A stretch of 38,550 nt of DNA from IMG/VR virus record IMGVR_UViG_3300014202_000110, positions 1 to 38,550 of that record; one strand, 5' to 3'. Of the stretch, positions 1 through 8,612 are shown one piece after another. The notes beneath the pieces were generated by a model that had not been told where the DNA came from, ran no database searches, and saw only the letters and a list, made by a program, of their open reading frames with translations. The DNA comes from a virus (lineage: Duplodnaviria > Caudoviricetes). Made by a program: the position numbers and the translations under genes. The first letter of the stretch is position 1. Every line of letters begins with the position of its first letter.

Positions 1-600
1 CAGTTGGACGACTTTGCTGAGCGTGTTCTGAAGCCTCGTATTAGCCAGTTGGCATCCTCGATCGACGCCGACGTAGCTAACTCGTTTAAGAGCATGTACC
101 AGTCCGTCGGCACACCAGGCACGACACCCGCTACCTCTTTGGTTCTGCTGCAGGGTCAGCAAAAGCTAAACGAGGCCGCTGCTGTTATGTCCCCGCGCTA
201 CGCTACGGTTAACCCCGCCGCCAACGCTGGTCTGGTTGAAGGCATGAAAGGCCTCTTTAACCCCACCAACACGATCTCCCGCCAGTTTAAGAACGGCATG
301 ATGGGCGAGGGTGTTCTGGGCTACGAAGAAATCAACATGTCTCAGTCGATCAAGCAGTTCACGACTGGTAGCCGGTCTAATGTCTGCGCCGTTGACGGTA
401 CGCTGTCGACCCAAGGCGCTAACAAGATCACGATTGACGGCACTTCTGGTGCTACCGACACCGTAAAGGTCGGCGATGTGTTTACCATCGCAGGCGTTTA
501 TGCTGTCAACCCCCAGACCCGTGAATCGACTGGCTCCTTGCAGCAGTTCGTGGTCACCAAAGACCAGACCGCTTCGTCAAACGCTTGGGCAGACTTGGAG
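1..600 (+). repeat. Terminal direct repeat / circular overlap, copy 1
   Basis: Matches 37951-38550 with about 17 substitutions by manual comparison and no indels. Confidence 0.97.
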
Positions 601-927
601 TTCGCACCTGCGATCTACACGTCGGCTCATCCCTTGGCTACGGTCAACTCATTCCCGCAAAACAACGCGGTTGTGACCTTCCTTGGTGCAGCGTCGACCG
701 AATACCCGCAAAACATGATCTACCACAAAGATGCGATCTCGTTTGCAACGGCCGACCTGATGATGCCGCAAGGCGTAGACATGGCTTCCCGCCAAGTCCA
801 CAATGGCATTTCAATGCGTATTGTTCGTCAGTACGACATTAACAACGACAGAATGCCATGTCGTCTGGATGTCTTGTATGGATATTCAGTAATTCGTCCT
901 CAAATGGCTGTTCGCCTCTGGGGTTAA
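1..927 (+). CDS. Major capsid protein (P22 coat family), 3' portion; true start at 37666
   Basis: In frame with 37666-37950, giving about 403 aa; C-terminal RLDVLYG motif typical of P22-like coats; follows the scaffold gene. Confidence 0.9.
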   Translation, partial: QLDDFAERVLKPRISQLASSIDADVANSFKSMYQSVGTPGTTPATSLVLLQGQQKLNEAAAVMSPRYATVNPAANAGLVEGMKGLFNPTNTISRQFKNGMMGEGVLGYEEINMSQSIKQFTTGSRSNVCAVDGTLSTQGANKITIDGTSGATDTVKVGDVFTIAGVYAVNPQTRESTGSLQQFVVTKDQTASSNAWADLEFAPAIYTSAHPLATVNSFPQNNAVVTFLGAASTEYPQNMIYHKDAISFATADLMMPQGVDMASRQVHNGISMRIVRQYDINNDRMPCRLDVLYGYSVIRPQMAVRLWG

Positions 928-986
928 CCCTAAGCGCCCCCGCCTAACAGCGGGGGTGTATACTCTATTTTTGAAAGGATTTAATC

Positions 987-1238
987 ATGGCACTCCCCCA
1001 AGTTGGTGACGGCTATCAGTTTAGTGATGGCAACCCAAATGAGGCTAAAAAAGTTGGCGGCACCGCTATGCTGTTTAGCGGCGGCGTTGGCATTTATGGC
1101 GTTAATACCGCAATTACCGCCGATACAACAACTACCACTGCCGTAGCAGGTTCGCTGGCTATCACCAGCAACGCTACTGGCCGTGGCAAGCTGTTTGTGT
1201 CTGACGGCACAAAGTGGCAATTCGCAGCCATTTCCTAA
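987..1238 (+). CDS. Small hypothetical virion-associated protein
   Basis: 83 aa, RBS GAAAGGA, directly after capsid. Confidence 0.7.
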   Translation: MALPQVGDGYQFSDGNPNEAKKVGGTAMLFSGGVGIYGVNTAITADTTTTTAVAGSLAITSNATGRGKLFVSDGTKWQFAAIS

Positions 1239-1256
1239 ATTTGAAAGGGTATTGAT

Positions 1257-1535
1257 ATGCCTAACACCAAGCCAATTGGCGTTGCGTATTCAGACCCGCT
1301 GCTAGAGGGTGCTCGTTTTGTGCCCGAAGTAACGGCTCTGACCACGCAGCTAACCGATATTACTTTTACCGCCCCAGGTACGGCAGATTTTGCAATTCAA
1401 GATCTGACGGACACCGGCGGTTTTGGGTTTAAGACTAAAGACGAAGGCAATACCGTACTGTCGGTCGTAAAAAACCTGCAGACACGCGTAGCTCAGCTAG
1501 AAGCTAAGTTAAAAACCTACGGACTGTTACCGTAA
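1257..1535 (+). CDS. Hypothetical protein, possible head fibre/decoration with C-terminal coiled coil
   Basis: 92 aa, RBS GAAAGGG, C-terminal heptad VKNLQTRVAQLEAKL. Confidence 0.65.
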   Translation: MPNTKPIGVAYSDPLLEGARFVPEVTALTTQLTDITFTAPGTADFAIQDLTDTGGFGFKTKDEGNTVLSVVKNLQTRVAQLEAKLKTYGLLP

Positions 1536-1545
1536 CAAAACAGGG

Positions 1546-1571
1546 ATAGGGGGCTTTGGCCCCCTATTTTT
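1546..1571 (+). terminator. Rho-independent terminator
   Basis: ATAGGGGG...CCCCCTAT stem followed by a T tract. Confidence 0.7.
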
Positions 1572-1576
1572 AGACA

Positions 1577-1831
1577 ATGATTACTTATTTACAGCACCCC
1601 GTACATGGCGTTAAAGTAGCAACTAGCGACATGGAAGTGGACAACGACGCTCGAAATGGGTGGAAAAAGTTTGACCCTACGGCGCCTAAAGCACCCGCGC
1701 CTACGCCGGCAGCCGTTGAGGTTAAGGCTGAGCCAGTAGTTGAGCCAGAGGTTGAAACGGTAGCCGAAGCGCCAGAAGTACCGAATGCGTTAGGATTTAC
1801 TCGCCGGAATCGGCGGTCAAGAGAGGGCTAA
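1577..1831 (+). CDS. Hypothetical protein
   Basis: 84 aa with Pro/Ala/Glu-rich linker and basic tail; fills the gap before the gp4-like gene. Confidence 0.65.
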   Translation: MITYLQHPVHGVKVATSDMEVDNDARNGWKKFDPTAPKAPAPTPAAVEVKAEPVVEPEVETVAEAPEVPNALGFTRRNRRSREG

Positions 1832-1833
1832 TT

Positions 1834-2547
1834 GTGAGCACCACGGCTGGCGATCAAATCAGCGCCGCATTGCGGCTAATAGGTCAGTTGGCTGAGGGTG
1901 AGGTGCCTTCTGCCGCTACGGCCCAAGACGGGCTAAACGCGCTTAACCAAATGCTAGATTCTTGGAGCACTGAGCGCTTGTCGATCTACGCCACGCAAGA
2001 CCAGATCTACACTTGGCCCGCTTTTGAAGCTAAACGCACTATTGGCCCCACGGGCGACTTTGTAGGCGAGCGCCCCATATTGCTTGATGATTCCACGTAC
2101 TTTAAAGACCCCACCTCTGGGCTATCGTTCGGCGTCAAAATAGTTAACCAGCAGCAATATAACGGCATTGCGCTTAAAACGGCTCAAAGCACCTATCCTC
2201 AGGTTATCTGGGCTAACATGACGTTTCCCAACGCCGAAATGACGGTGTTCCCCGTACCTACAAAGCCGCTAGAGTGGCATATCGTCTCGGTACAGCCGCT
2301 AACGCAGCCTGCCGAACTAGGCACTCAACTCATGCTGCCGCCAGGGTACCTTAGGGCGTTTAAGTACAATCTGGCCGCCGAGATCGCCGCTGAGTTTGGC
2401 GTAGAGCCTACGCCGCAGGTTCAGCGTATAGCCATGACCAGTAAGCGCAATTTGAAGCGGATCAACAACGCCAAAGACATTATGTCTATGCCGTACGCCT
2501 TGTCTATGCGCAACCCGCGCTACAATGTGTTCACAAATAATTTCTGA
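1834..2547 (+). CDS. Head-to-tail adaptor (P22 gp4-like)
   Basis: N-terminal pattern I..ALRLIG...GE.P......DGL.ALN.MLDSW and C-terminal YNLA.E.A.EFG; position before the gp10-like gene. Confidence 0.75.
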   Translation: MSTTAGDQISAALRLIGQLAEGEVPSAATAQDGLNALNQMLDSWSTERLSIYATQDQIYTWPAFEAKRTIGPTGDFVGERPILLDDSTYFKDPTSGLSFGVKIVNQQQYNGIALKTAQSTYPQVIWANMTFPNAEMTVFPVPTKPLEWHIVSVQPLTQPAELGTQLMLPPGYLRAFKYNLAAEIAAEFGVEPTPQVQRIAMTSKRNLKRINNAKDIMSMPYALSMRNPRYNVFTNNF

Positions 2548-3827
2548 TGAAAAGCCCAATTTTAGGCGCAGCGTATACAGCTAGGTCAGTCAATGCGGCA
2601 GATAACCGCATGATTAACCTATTTCCTGAAGTTGTACCAGAAGGCGGTAAAGAGCCTGCATTTTTATCTAGAACGCCTGGCCTGCGTCGGTTAGCCGAGA
2701 TTGGCGACGGGCCTATCCGTGGCCTTTGGGCGCTAAAGAACTTCGGCTACGTGGTGTCTGGCACCAAAGCCTATAAGTTTGGCCCCGACTACGTACCAAC
2801 GCTGTTAGGCACCGTAGACGGCTTTGGCCCCGTAAGCATTACAGATAACGGCACCCAAATCTTTTTTGCGGCTAATGGGCCGTCGTATATTTACAACGTT
2901 ACTACTGACGTCTTTGCTCAGATTACCGATCCTGACTTCCCAGGCGCGGTCACGGTCGGCTACATCAACGGCTATTTTGTGTTTAACGAGCCAAATAGCC
3001 AAAGGGTGTGGGTTACCGAGCTGTTGGACGGCACGTCTATAGACCCCTTAGATTTTGCTAGCGCTGAAGGCTCTCCAGACAACTTAGTGTCTTTGATCGT
3101 AGACCATAACGAGGTGTGGCTGTTTGGCACCAACACGGTTGAGGTCTGGTACGACGCAGCCCTTGACGCGTTCCCGTTTCAGCGCATCCAAGGCGCGTTT
3201 AACGAGATTGGTTGCATTGCACCATATTCCGTTGCCAAGATGGACAACGGGCTATTTTGGCTTGGCGGCGACGCCAGAGGCCGAGGCATGGTGTACAGAG
3301 CCAATGGCTACTCTGGCCAGCGCATATCGACCCATGCGGTTGAGTGGCAGATCCAGCAGTACCAAGACATATCGGACGCCGTAGCCTACACCTACCAGCA
3401 AGATGGCCATTCGTTTTACGTTCTTAACTTCCCGTACGCCAACGCTACCTGGGTGTATGACGTAGCCACGCAAGTCTGGCACGAGCGCGCAGACTGGGAG
3501 AACGATAAGTTTAAACGCCATCGGGCTAACTCCCAGATGGTGTTTAACAACGAAATTATTGTTGGCGACTACGCTAACAACAAGATTTACGCTTTTGATC
3601 TTGATGTTTATGAGGATGATGGGCGCCCGCAGAAATGGCTTCGGTCTTGGCGGGCGCTACCTACAGGGCAAAACAACTTAAACCGAACGGCCCATCACAG
3701 CTTGCAACTAGACTGCGAAACGGGCCAAGGCATAACGCCAGCGCCCATTCCGATATTGACAAGCGACGTATACCCCATAGAATCAATTGACGAGATGGAG
3801 GTAGATTTTTTTTTTAGTGGGGGGTAG
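2547..3827 (+). CDS. Tail hub / DNA stabilization protein (P22 gp10-like), N-terminal part lacking its normal C-terminus
   Basis: Motifs FASAEGSPD, YQQDGHSFYVLNFP, TWVYDVATQVWHER, SLQLDCETG; the expected MLRWSDDGG segment is instead at 5723-5935. Confidence 0.85.
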   Translation: MKSPILGAAYTARSVNAADNRMINLFPEVVPEGGKEPAFLSRTPGLRRLAEIGDGPIRGLWALKNFGYVVSGTKAYKFGPDYVPTLLGTVDGFGPVSITDNGTQIFFAANGPSYIYNVTTDVFAQITDPDFPGAVTVGYINGYFVFNEPNSQRVWVTELLDGTSIDPLDFASAEGSPDNLVSLIVDHNEVWLFGTNTVEVWYDAALDAFPFQRIQGAFNEIGCIAPYSVAKMDNGLFWLGGDARGRGMVYRANGYSGQRISTHAVEWQIQQYQDISDAVAYTYQQDGHSFYVLNFPYANATWVYDVATQVWHERADWENDKFKRHRANSQMVFNNEIIVGDYANNKIYAFDLDVYEDDGRPQKWLRSWRALPTGQNNLNRTAHHSLQLDCETGQGITPAPIPILTSDVYPIESIDEMEVDFFFSGG

Positions 3828-4122
3828 TTTAGATTCCAACACTAACTTTAACGTCGTAACAGGTACAGAAATAAATTACATGGCCTCTGATTTTGAGGTC
3901 TTGTCGGGGTGGCTAAATGTAGAGCCAAAAACCGAACCAGTTGAAAGTTTAGAGCCTGACTTACAAATTGTATCTATGAAGTTGCAGTTGCCGTATCTTT
4001 TAGATGAATCTATAGAGCTTGATCTAGCTGTCTTGTCAGGCATTTTGCAAGTAGAACCTGCGTATGATTTGGACGAATCCATCGGCGCAGATTTAAGTAT
4101 TGACGGAGGCGAATTGTCGTGA
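3817..4122 (+). CDS. Acidic repetitive segment, probably a +1-frameshifted continuation of 2547-3827
   Basis: Overlaps the T10/G6 tract; repeated DESI..DL....G.L units continue the IDEMEVDF...GG unit upstream. Confidence 0.5.
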   Translation: MGGSLDSNTNFNVVTGTEINYMASDFEVLSGWLNVEPKTEPVESLEPDLQIVSMKLQLPYLLDESIELDLAVLSGILQVEPAYDLDESIGADLSIDGGELS

Positions 4123-5099
4123 ACTTAACAACTAAAGTAAAATTAGCCGGTAAATACCGGCTAGAGGTGCGCAAGGCAAAAGATGGCTCTTTGCGCCAAG
4201 AACTTGAGTTTGACAATTTGATTGTCGATCAAGGCATGAATTTGTTTAGCCGGTCTACTGGAAGTTCAAATTTATCTTACGCTATGGTAGGAACTGGAAC
4301 TACTACCCCCACAGTTAACGATACTCAACTAGCCAACAGAATTGCGTCGGCGGGCGGCAGCACTCCCCCTGGCGGGACTATTGTGAATCAAACTACAGGC
4401 ACGTCTACGTCTGAGCCTTATTATGGGTTTTACAGACTTACTTATAGATTTGTACCTGGCACATTAAACAACGTAAACCTTACAGAAGTAGGTGTGGGGA
4501 CTACCACGACTTCTGTATTTTCTCGCGCGCTAATTGTTGATGGCAACGGCGACCCCACATCTATTACGGTGTTGTCAGACGAATTTTTAGACGTTACTTA
4601 TGAGTTACGGCTATACCCATTTGTTGACGACCAAACAGACACCATAACAATTACAAACGTAGGTACTATAAACGTCACCCGCCGCCCCATAGCCGTAACT
4701 GCGGTTACGGCTACTGGTGGTTGGGTTCCTGGCCTTAGTTCAACCTCAGGGTTAAATATTCCGCGAAGCTACATATCAAACGCGACAAGTAACAGTTGGG
4801 TTAGAGTGTCTGGTGCTCAAACCGCCCTAGTTGCAAAAACAAACGCTTGGACTTCCGTATCTACTCTTGCGGTAACAAGTTCTTCTGTGTCGTATTCTGC
4901 GTATGTAGCTGGTAGTTTTGAGCAAAATATGACTTACATTTTAGGCCTTGACGCAGGCAATACTAGCGGCGGCGTTAGGTTTTTTCAGTTTGCTTTAGAC
5001 GGATTAGGTGCTTATCAATACCTGTTTAGCGATCTTATCGCCAAAAACAACACCAACACCTTGCGGTTTAACATGAAAGCTGTATGGAGTAGGTACTAA
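4119..5099 (+). CDS. Putative tail-associated structural protein (inserted cassette)
   Basis: 326 aa, Thr/Ser/Gly-rich; GKYRLEV, FDNLIVDQG, LTEVGVG, FSRALIVD motifs recalled from phage tail proteins; GTGA overlap with upstream ORF. Confidence 0.7.
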   Translation: MNLTTKVKLAGKYRLEVRKAKDGSLRQELEFDNLIVDQGMNLFSRSTGSSNLSYAMVGTGTTTPTVNDTQLANRIASAGGSTPPGGTIVNQTTGTSTSEPYYGFYRLTYRFVPGTLNNVNLTEVGVGTTTTSVFSRALIVDGNGDPTSITVLSDEFLDVTYELRLYPFVDDQTDTITITNVGTINVTRRPIAVTAVTATGGWVPGLSSTSGLNIPRSYISNATSNSWVRVSGAQTALVAKTNAWTSVSTLAVTSSSVSYSAYVAGSFEQNMTYILGLDAGNTSGGVRFFQFALDGLGAYQYLFSDLIAKNNTNTLRFNMKAVWSRY

Positions 5100-5101
5100 G
5101 C

Positions 5102-5935
5102 ATGTTGCCCTCAATGAACTTTACGGCGTCTAATCTCATAGCAGATTGGACGTACCCGTACAGCAACACCTACACACCTTTGCTAGACAAGGAGCTTGGT
5201 GGCATCGCTTTGAACGATGCGTCCCAAGGCCATCAGGTTCAGGTATGGGAGTGCGGGTACGAAAACAATGAAATATGGGTGCGGCCTGAAAATAGCCCGA
5301 CTAAGACGGTTATTCTTAGCAACCTGCCAGACGTTACCGAAGTGTCGCTGACATTCGATCAGCTAATGCGGCCCACAATCGCGTACGTGCAATACAAAGT
5401 GCTGCGCCTATACTGGTACGACACGCTGGTACAGCAGTCAGTCATCTCATCGTTTCCAGAAGCCGTAAGCGCTAAGGTTAGGCTGGACGATAAGCGCCCG
5501 TTGCAGATTCCTACTTCAGACATTCTTTTTTTCTACATTAAAGGCGACCAGATCCTGCTGCGCCTGCAAAGCGATCGCTACACCGTGCCGTATACAGTCG
5601 CCACGACCACAGCTAAGTTTTTAGTCGAGGCCGGCATGGATGTTAACTGGCGTATTCAGGTGCTAGGCGGCAAACCCTTTGGTGGCTTTAACGTCTACGG
5701 CAATGAGGAAGTGGCTAAAATTATGCTGCGATGGTCAGATGATGGCGGCCATACTTGGTCAAACGAGCACTGGGCGTCTATGGGCGCCAAGGGTGAGTAC
5801 GGCACCCGCGTCATCTGGCGTCGCCTTGGCATGACCGGCAAGCTACGCGATCGGGTCTACGAGGTGTCGGGTACTGACCCAGTAAAAATAGCCATCATGG
5901 GCGCTGAACTGAAACTTAGCCCGACCAATGGCTAA
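5102..5935 (+). CDS. Fusion: putative tail protein (about 200 aa) plus C-terminal about 70 aa of the gp10-like hub
   Basis: N-part has ELGGIALNDASQG, SLTFDQLMRP, LYWYD, LDDKR; C-part is MLRWSDDGGHTWSNEHW...WRRLG...RDRVYEVSGTDPVKIAI. Confidence 0.75.
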   Translation: MLPSMNFTASNLIADWTYPYSNTYTPLLDKELGGIALNDASQGHQVQVWECGYENNEIWVRPENSPTKTVILSNLPDVTEVSLTFDQLMRPTIAYVQYKVLRLYWYDTLVQQSVISSFPEAVSAKVRLDDKRPLQIPTSDILFFYIKGDQILLRLQSDRYTVPYTVATTTAKFLVEAGMDVNWRIQVLGGKPFGGFNVYGNEEVAKIMLRWSDDGGHTWSNEHWASMGAKGEYGTRVIWRRLGMTGKLRDRVYEVSGTDPVKIAIMGAELKLSPTNG

Positions 5936-7145
5936 TCAAAACATAACCATAATCCCGCAGCCGCGCGTCCCTATTGTTGACGAAAACACGGGCTATGTAA
6001 CGCGGGAGTGGTATCGGTACTTCACAAACCTGTTTGTTTTAACGGGCGCTGGCGCTAGCCCGACGACCATTCCAGACCTGCAAAATGAGATAGACGACGC
6101 GGTTCAGCAGGCGTTAGACGCTGCGGCTTTTACCTCTTTGGCGCCGCTGCCGGTTCCTTTTAGCCCAGATATAGTGTCGCCCGCTGAAAACGGGTCTGTA
6201 GCTGCTGAACTAGAAAAAAATGTTGAAGCATTAGGGAAAACCCCTAGTGTAGAGTTTTTAACCGCGCAGATTGCGGAACTAGAAAAGCAGATCCAAGCGC
6301 TAAAGTTGGCTATTCAGCCGGAGCTAGGCACCTTGGCGTCGGTCAACGAGGACAATGTACGCCGGCTAGTATTTAATCCTGACCCCTCGCCAGAGGTCGT
6401 CTACACGCCAGCTACCTTGGCGTGGAACACGGACGACGGCACGTTAGACGTTGGGCTAAACAACGACGTCGTGCTGCAAGTTGGACAAGAATCGCTTTTT
6501 TACGCCAAGAACACCTCAGGCGGCAGCATCGCTATGGGGTCAGCCTGCATGTTTACCGGCGTTATAGGCACATCAGGCAAGTTAACTTTTGCCAAGGCCA
6601 TATCCGACGGTTCGCTGCCGTACGAGTACATGATGGGGATTATTGCCCAAGACGCGGATAACAATGATTTTGCGTACGTTACTAATTTTGGCTTGGTTAG
6701 GGGGTTTGATACCACGGGGTCTACCAAGACGGTGCCCGAGACGTGGGCTAGCGGCGATCTTCTGTACTTTGACCCTGCCTACCCAGGCGAGCTAACTAAG
6801 GTAGAGCCTGAAGCTCCAGCCTTTAACTCACCAATAGCCGTGGTCGTTAACGCCGCCTCAGGAGGCGCAGGGTCTATTTTTGTTCGTATGAAAACAGGCG
6901 AATCGCTAAATAACCTGCACGACGTACGCATTAACGGCACGGGGCCAGCGGCAGGGCAAATCCTTATTTATGACGCAACGCAACAACGGTGGGAAAATAA
7001 TTTATTGACCGAAGGGGCCAATATAGAGGTTACAAACGCAGACGGAGCCATTACAATAGCTACCACGGGCGCGTCTGGATCATTCACGGCGCAATCTGGC
7101 GAGACTATAACGGTCGTCGATGGTGTCATTACGAGCATAGTGTAA
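5928..7145 (+). CDS. Putative tail protein with N-terminal coiled coil
   Basis: 405 aa; PRVP.VD..TG...REWYRYF N-terminus as recalled for genes after gp10; coiled coil LTAQIAELEKQIQAL. Confidence 0.65.
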   Translation: MANQNITIIPQPRVPIVDENTGYVTREWYRYFTNLFVLTGAGASPTTIPDLQNEIDDAVQQALDAAAFTSLAPLPVPFSPDIVSPAENGSVAAELEKNVEALGKTPSVEFLTAQIAELEKQIQALKLAIQPELGTLASVNEDNVRRLVFNPDPSPEVVYTPATLAWNTDDGTLDVGLNNDVVLQVGQESLFYAKNTSGGSIAMGSACMFTGVIGTSGKLTFAKAISDGSLPYEYMMGIIAQDADNNDFAYVTNFGLVRGFDTTGSTKTVPETWASGDLLYFDPAYPGELTKVEPEAPAFNSPIAVVVNAASGGAGSIFVRMKTGESLNNLHDVRINGTGPAAGQILIYDATQQRWENNLLTEGANIEVTNADGAITIATTGASGSFTAQSGETITVVDGVITSIV

Positions 7146-7157
7146 AGGACAACACAA

Positions 7158-7892
7158 ATGGCGTTACTCAGCCTACCCCCAAAACTACAGTTTTTTGATA
7201 ACAACGGCCTGCCTTTGGTGGGCGGTAAGCTATACACCTACGAGGCGGGTACGACCACGCCTAAGGATACCTTTCTTAACGAGATAGGTAACGTATACAA
7301 CACCAACCCAATTATTCTTGATTCCCGTGGCGAAGCCTTGGTTTGGCTAGCATCTGGCAAATATAAGTTCGTCCTAGCGACCGCCGAAAACGTCGAGCTG
7401 TGGTCTGTGGATAACGTTAGCGGCGGCGGTACTGGTAGCGGTGGCGGTGGCACCTCGTTTGTGCCTGGCATGATTATGCTCTGGTCGGGTTCAGTGGTTA
7501 GCATCCCTGAAGGCTGGGCCTTGTGCAACGGGTCAAACGGCACCCCCGACCTGCGCAATCGCTTTATTGTAGGCGCTGGGGCTACCTATAACGTAGCGGC
7601 GACGGGCGGCAGCGCTGACGCCATTGCTGTGTCGCACACGCACACATTTAGCGCCACCACGGCCTCAGATGGCGCGCACACCCACACGCTACTGTCAAAG
7701 ACCGAGGCTACGGCTGGTGGCGGTCAAGTCCCCCGCTACAGCGGCGATGGCTCTATAACTAACAATGAGGCTATCCAGTCGGCAGGCGCGCACACGCACA
7801 CGGTGTCCGGCACAACGGCTAGCACAGGGTCATCGGGCACCAACGCCAACTTGCCGCCCTACTACGCCTTGGCGTATATTATGAAAACCTAA
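7158..7892 (+). CDS. Tail fibre-like protein: particle-attachment N-domain plus tail-collar-like domain
   Basis: QFFDNNG.PL.GGKLYTY.AGT..P, NPIILDSRG; GMIMLWSG...PEGWALCNG.NGTPDLR..F; HTH-T repeats; LPPYYALAYIMK end. Confidence 0.8.
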   Translation: MALLSLPPKLQFFDNNGLPLVGGKLYTYEAGTTTPKDTFLNEIGNVYNTNPIILDSRGEALVWLASGKYKFVLATAENVELWSVDNVSGGGTGSGGGGTSFVPGMIMLWSGSVVSIPEGWALCNGSNGTPDLRNRFIVGAGATYNVAATGGSADAIAVSHTHTFSATTASDGAHTHTLLSKTEATAGGGQVPRYSGDGSITNNEAIQSAGAHTHTVSGTTASTGSSGTNANLPPYYALAYIMKT

Positions 7893-7902
7893 AGGATAGA
7901 TC

Positions 7903-8238
7903 ATGACGGTAACCGTAAAAGTATTAGTTCCTGCCAAAACGGCTGAGAATACGCAGACAACGCAGTACACCGCTACGGGTGTAACGACGATTATTGACAA
8001 GTTTACGGCCACTAACTATTCTGTTAACGCCGCTACAATTAGCGTCAATCTGGTAACAGCTACAGGCTCTGCCGCTGATGCTAACTTGATTGTTAAAGCT
8101 AAAACTTTGCAGCCGTCAGAGACATACACGTTTCCTGAGTTAGTTGGTCAAGTATTAGCGCCTAGCGGCTTTATTTCTACTATCGCAGGCACAGCGTCTG
8201 CCGTTAACATAAGGGTGTCGGGTCGAGAGGTGTCGTAA
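7903..8238 (+). CDS. Hypothetical structural protein
   Basis: 111 aa, beta-rich, RBS AAGGA. Confidence 0.7.
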   Translation: MTVTVKVLVPAKTAENTQTTQYTATGVTTIIDKFTATNYSVNAATISVNLVTATGSAADANLIVKAKTLQPSETYTFPELVGQVLAPSGFISTIAGTASAVNIRVSGREVS

Positions 8239-8612
8239 TGGCTAAGAGACGTAAGATACCAGATTCAGTTTGGGCGGTCATATGCGACACAATGAAAAAG
8301 TATGAAGGTATTGAATGCACAAACGCCAATAGAAAATATATTGAGAAAAATTTAGACATAAAAATATTTGATGGTGGGGTGTTTATATCGGACGGCCCCG
8401 AATTTGATTTATATGTAGTACCCGAACGTCAAGGAAAATGGAATATACGCGGTGAGCTTACCAAGTATTTAAATGACATGTCCAAGATATACGGTACGTT
8501 GGAAATAGGTGTTAATGAGAATAACCATAAGTCGTTACGGCTAGCCAAATTTTTTGGTTTTAAAGAAGTTGCTAACGAAGATGGTGAGATTACATTGGAG
8601 CGTGCGCCATGA
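8238..8612 (+). CDS. GNAT-fold acetyltransferase-like protein
   Basis: N..SLRLAKFFGF motif typical of the GNAT C-terminus; position before ejection genes as in P22-like phages. Confidence 0.6.
   Translation: MAKRRKIPDSVWAVICDTMKKYEGIECTNANRKYIEKNLDIKIFDGGVFISDGPEFDLYVVPERQGKWNIRGELTKYLNDMSKIYGTLEIGVNENNHKSLRLAKFFGFKEVANEDGEITLERAP

Noticed and set aside
4-927. 307-aa ORF as a complete gene
   Set aside because: It is the 3' part of the capsid gene that starts at 37666.
3735-5715. Insertion in the hub gene as an intron or intein
   Set aside because: No homing endonuclease, maturase, intein terminal residues or recognisable intron core; it contains ordinary coupled ORFs. Splicing is not formally excluded.
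7158-7892. Second DGR target among the tail genes
   Set aside because: No TR-like sequence found by eye at these 3' ends; an adenine-masked TR search would be decisive.
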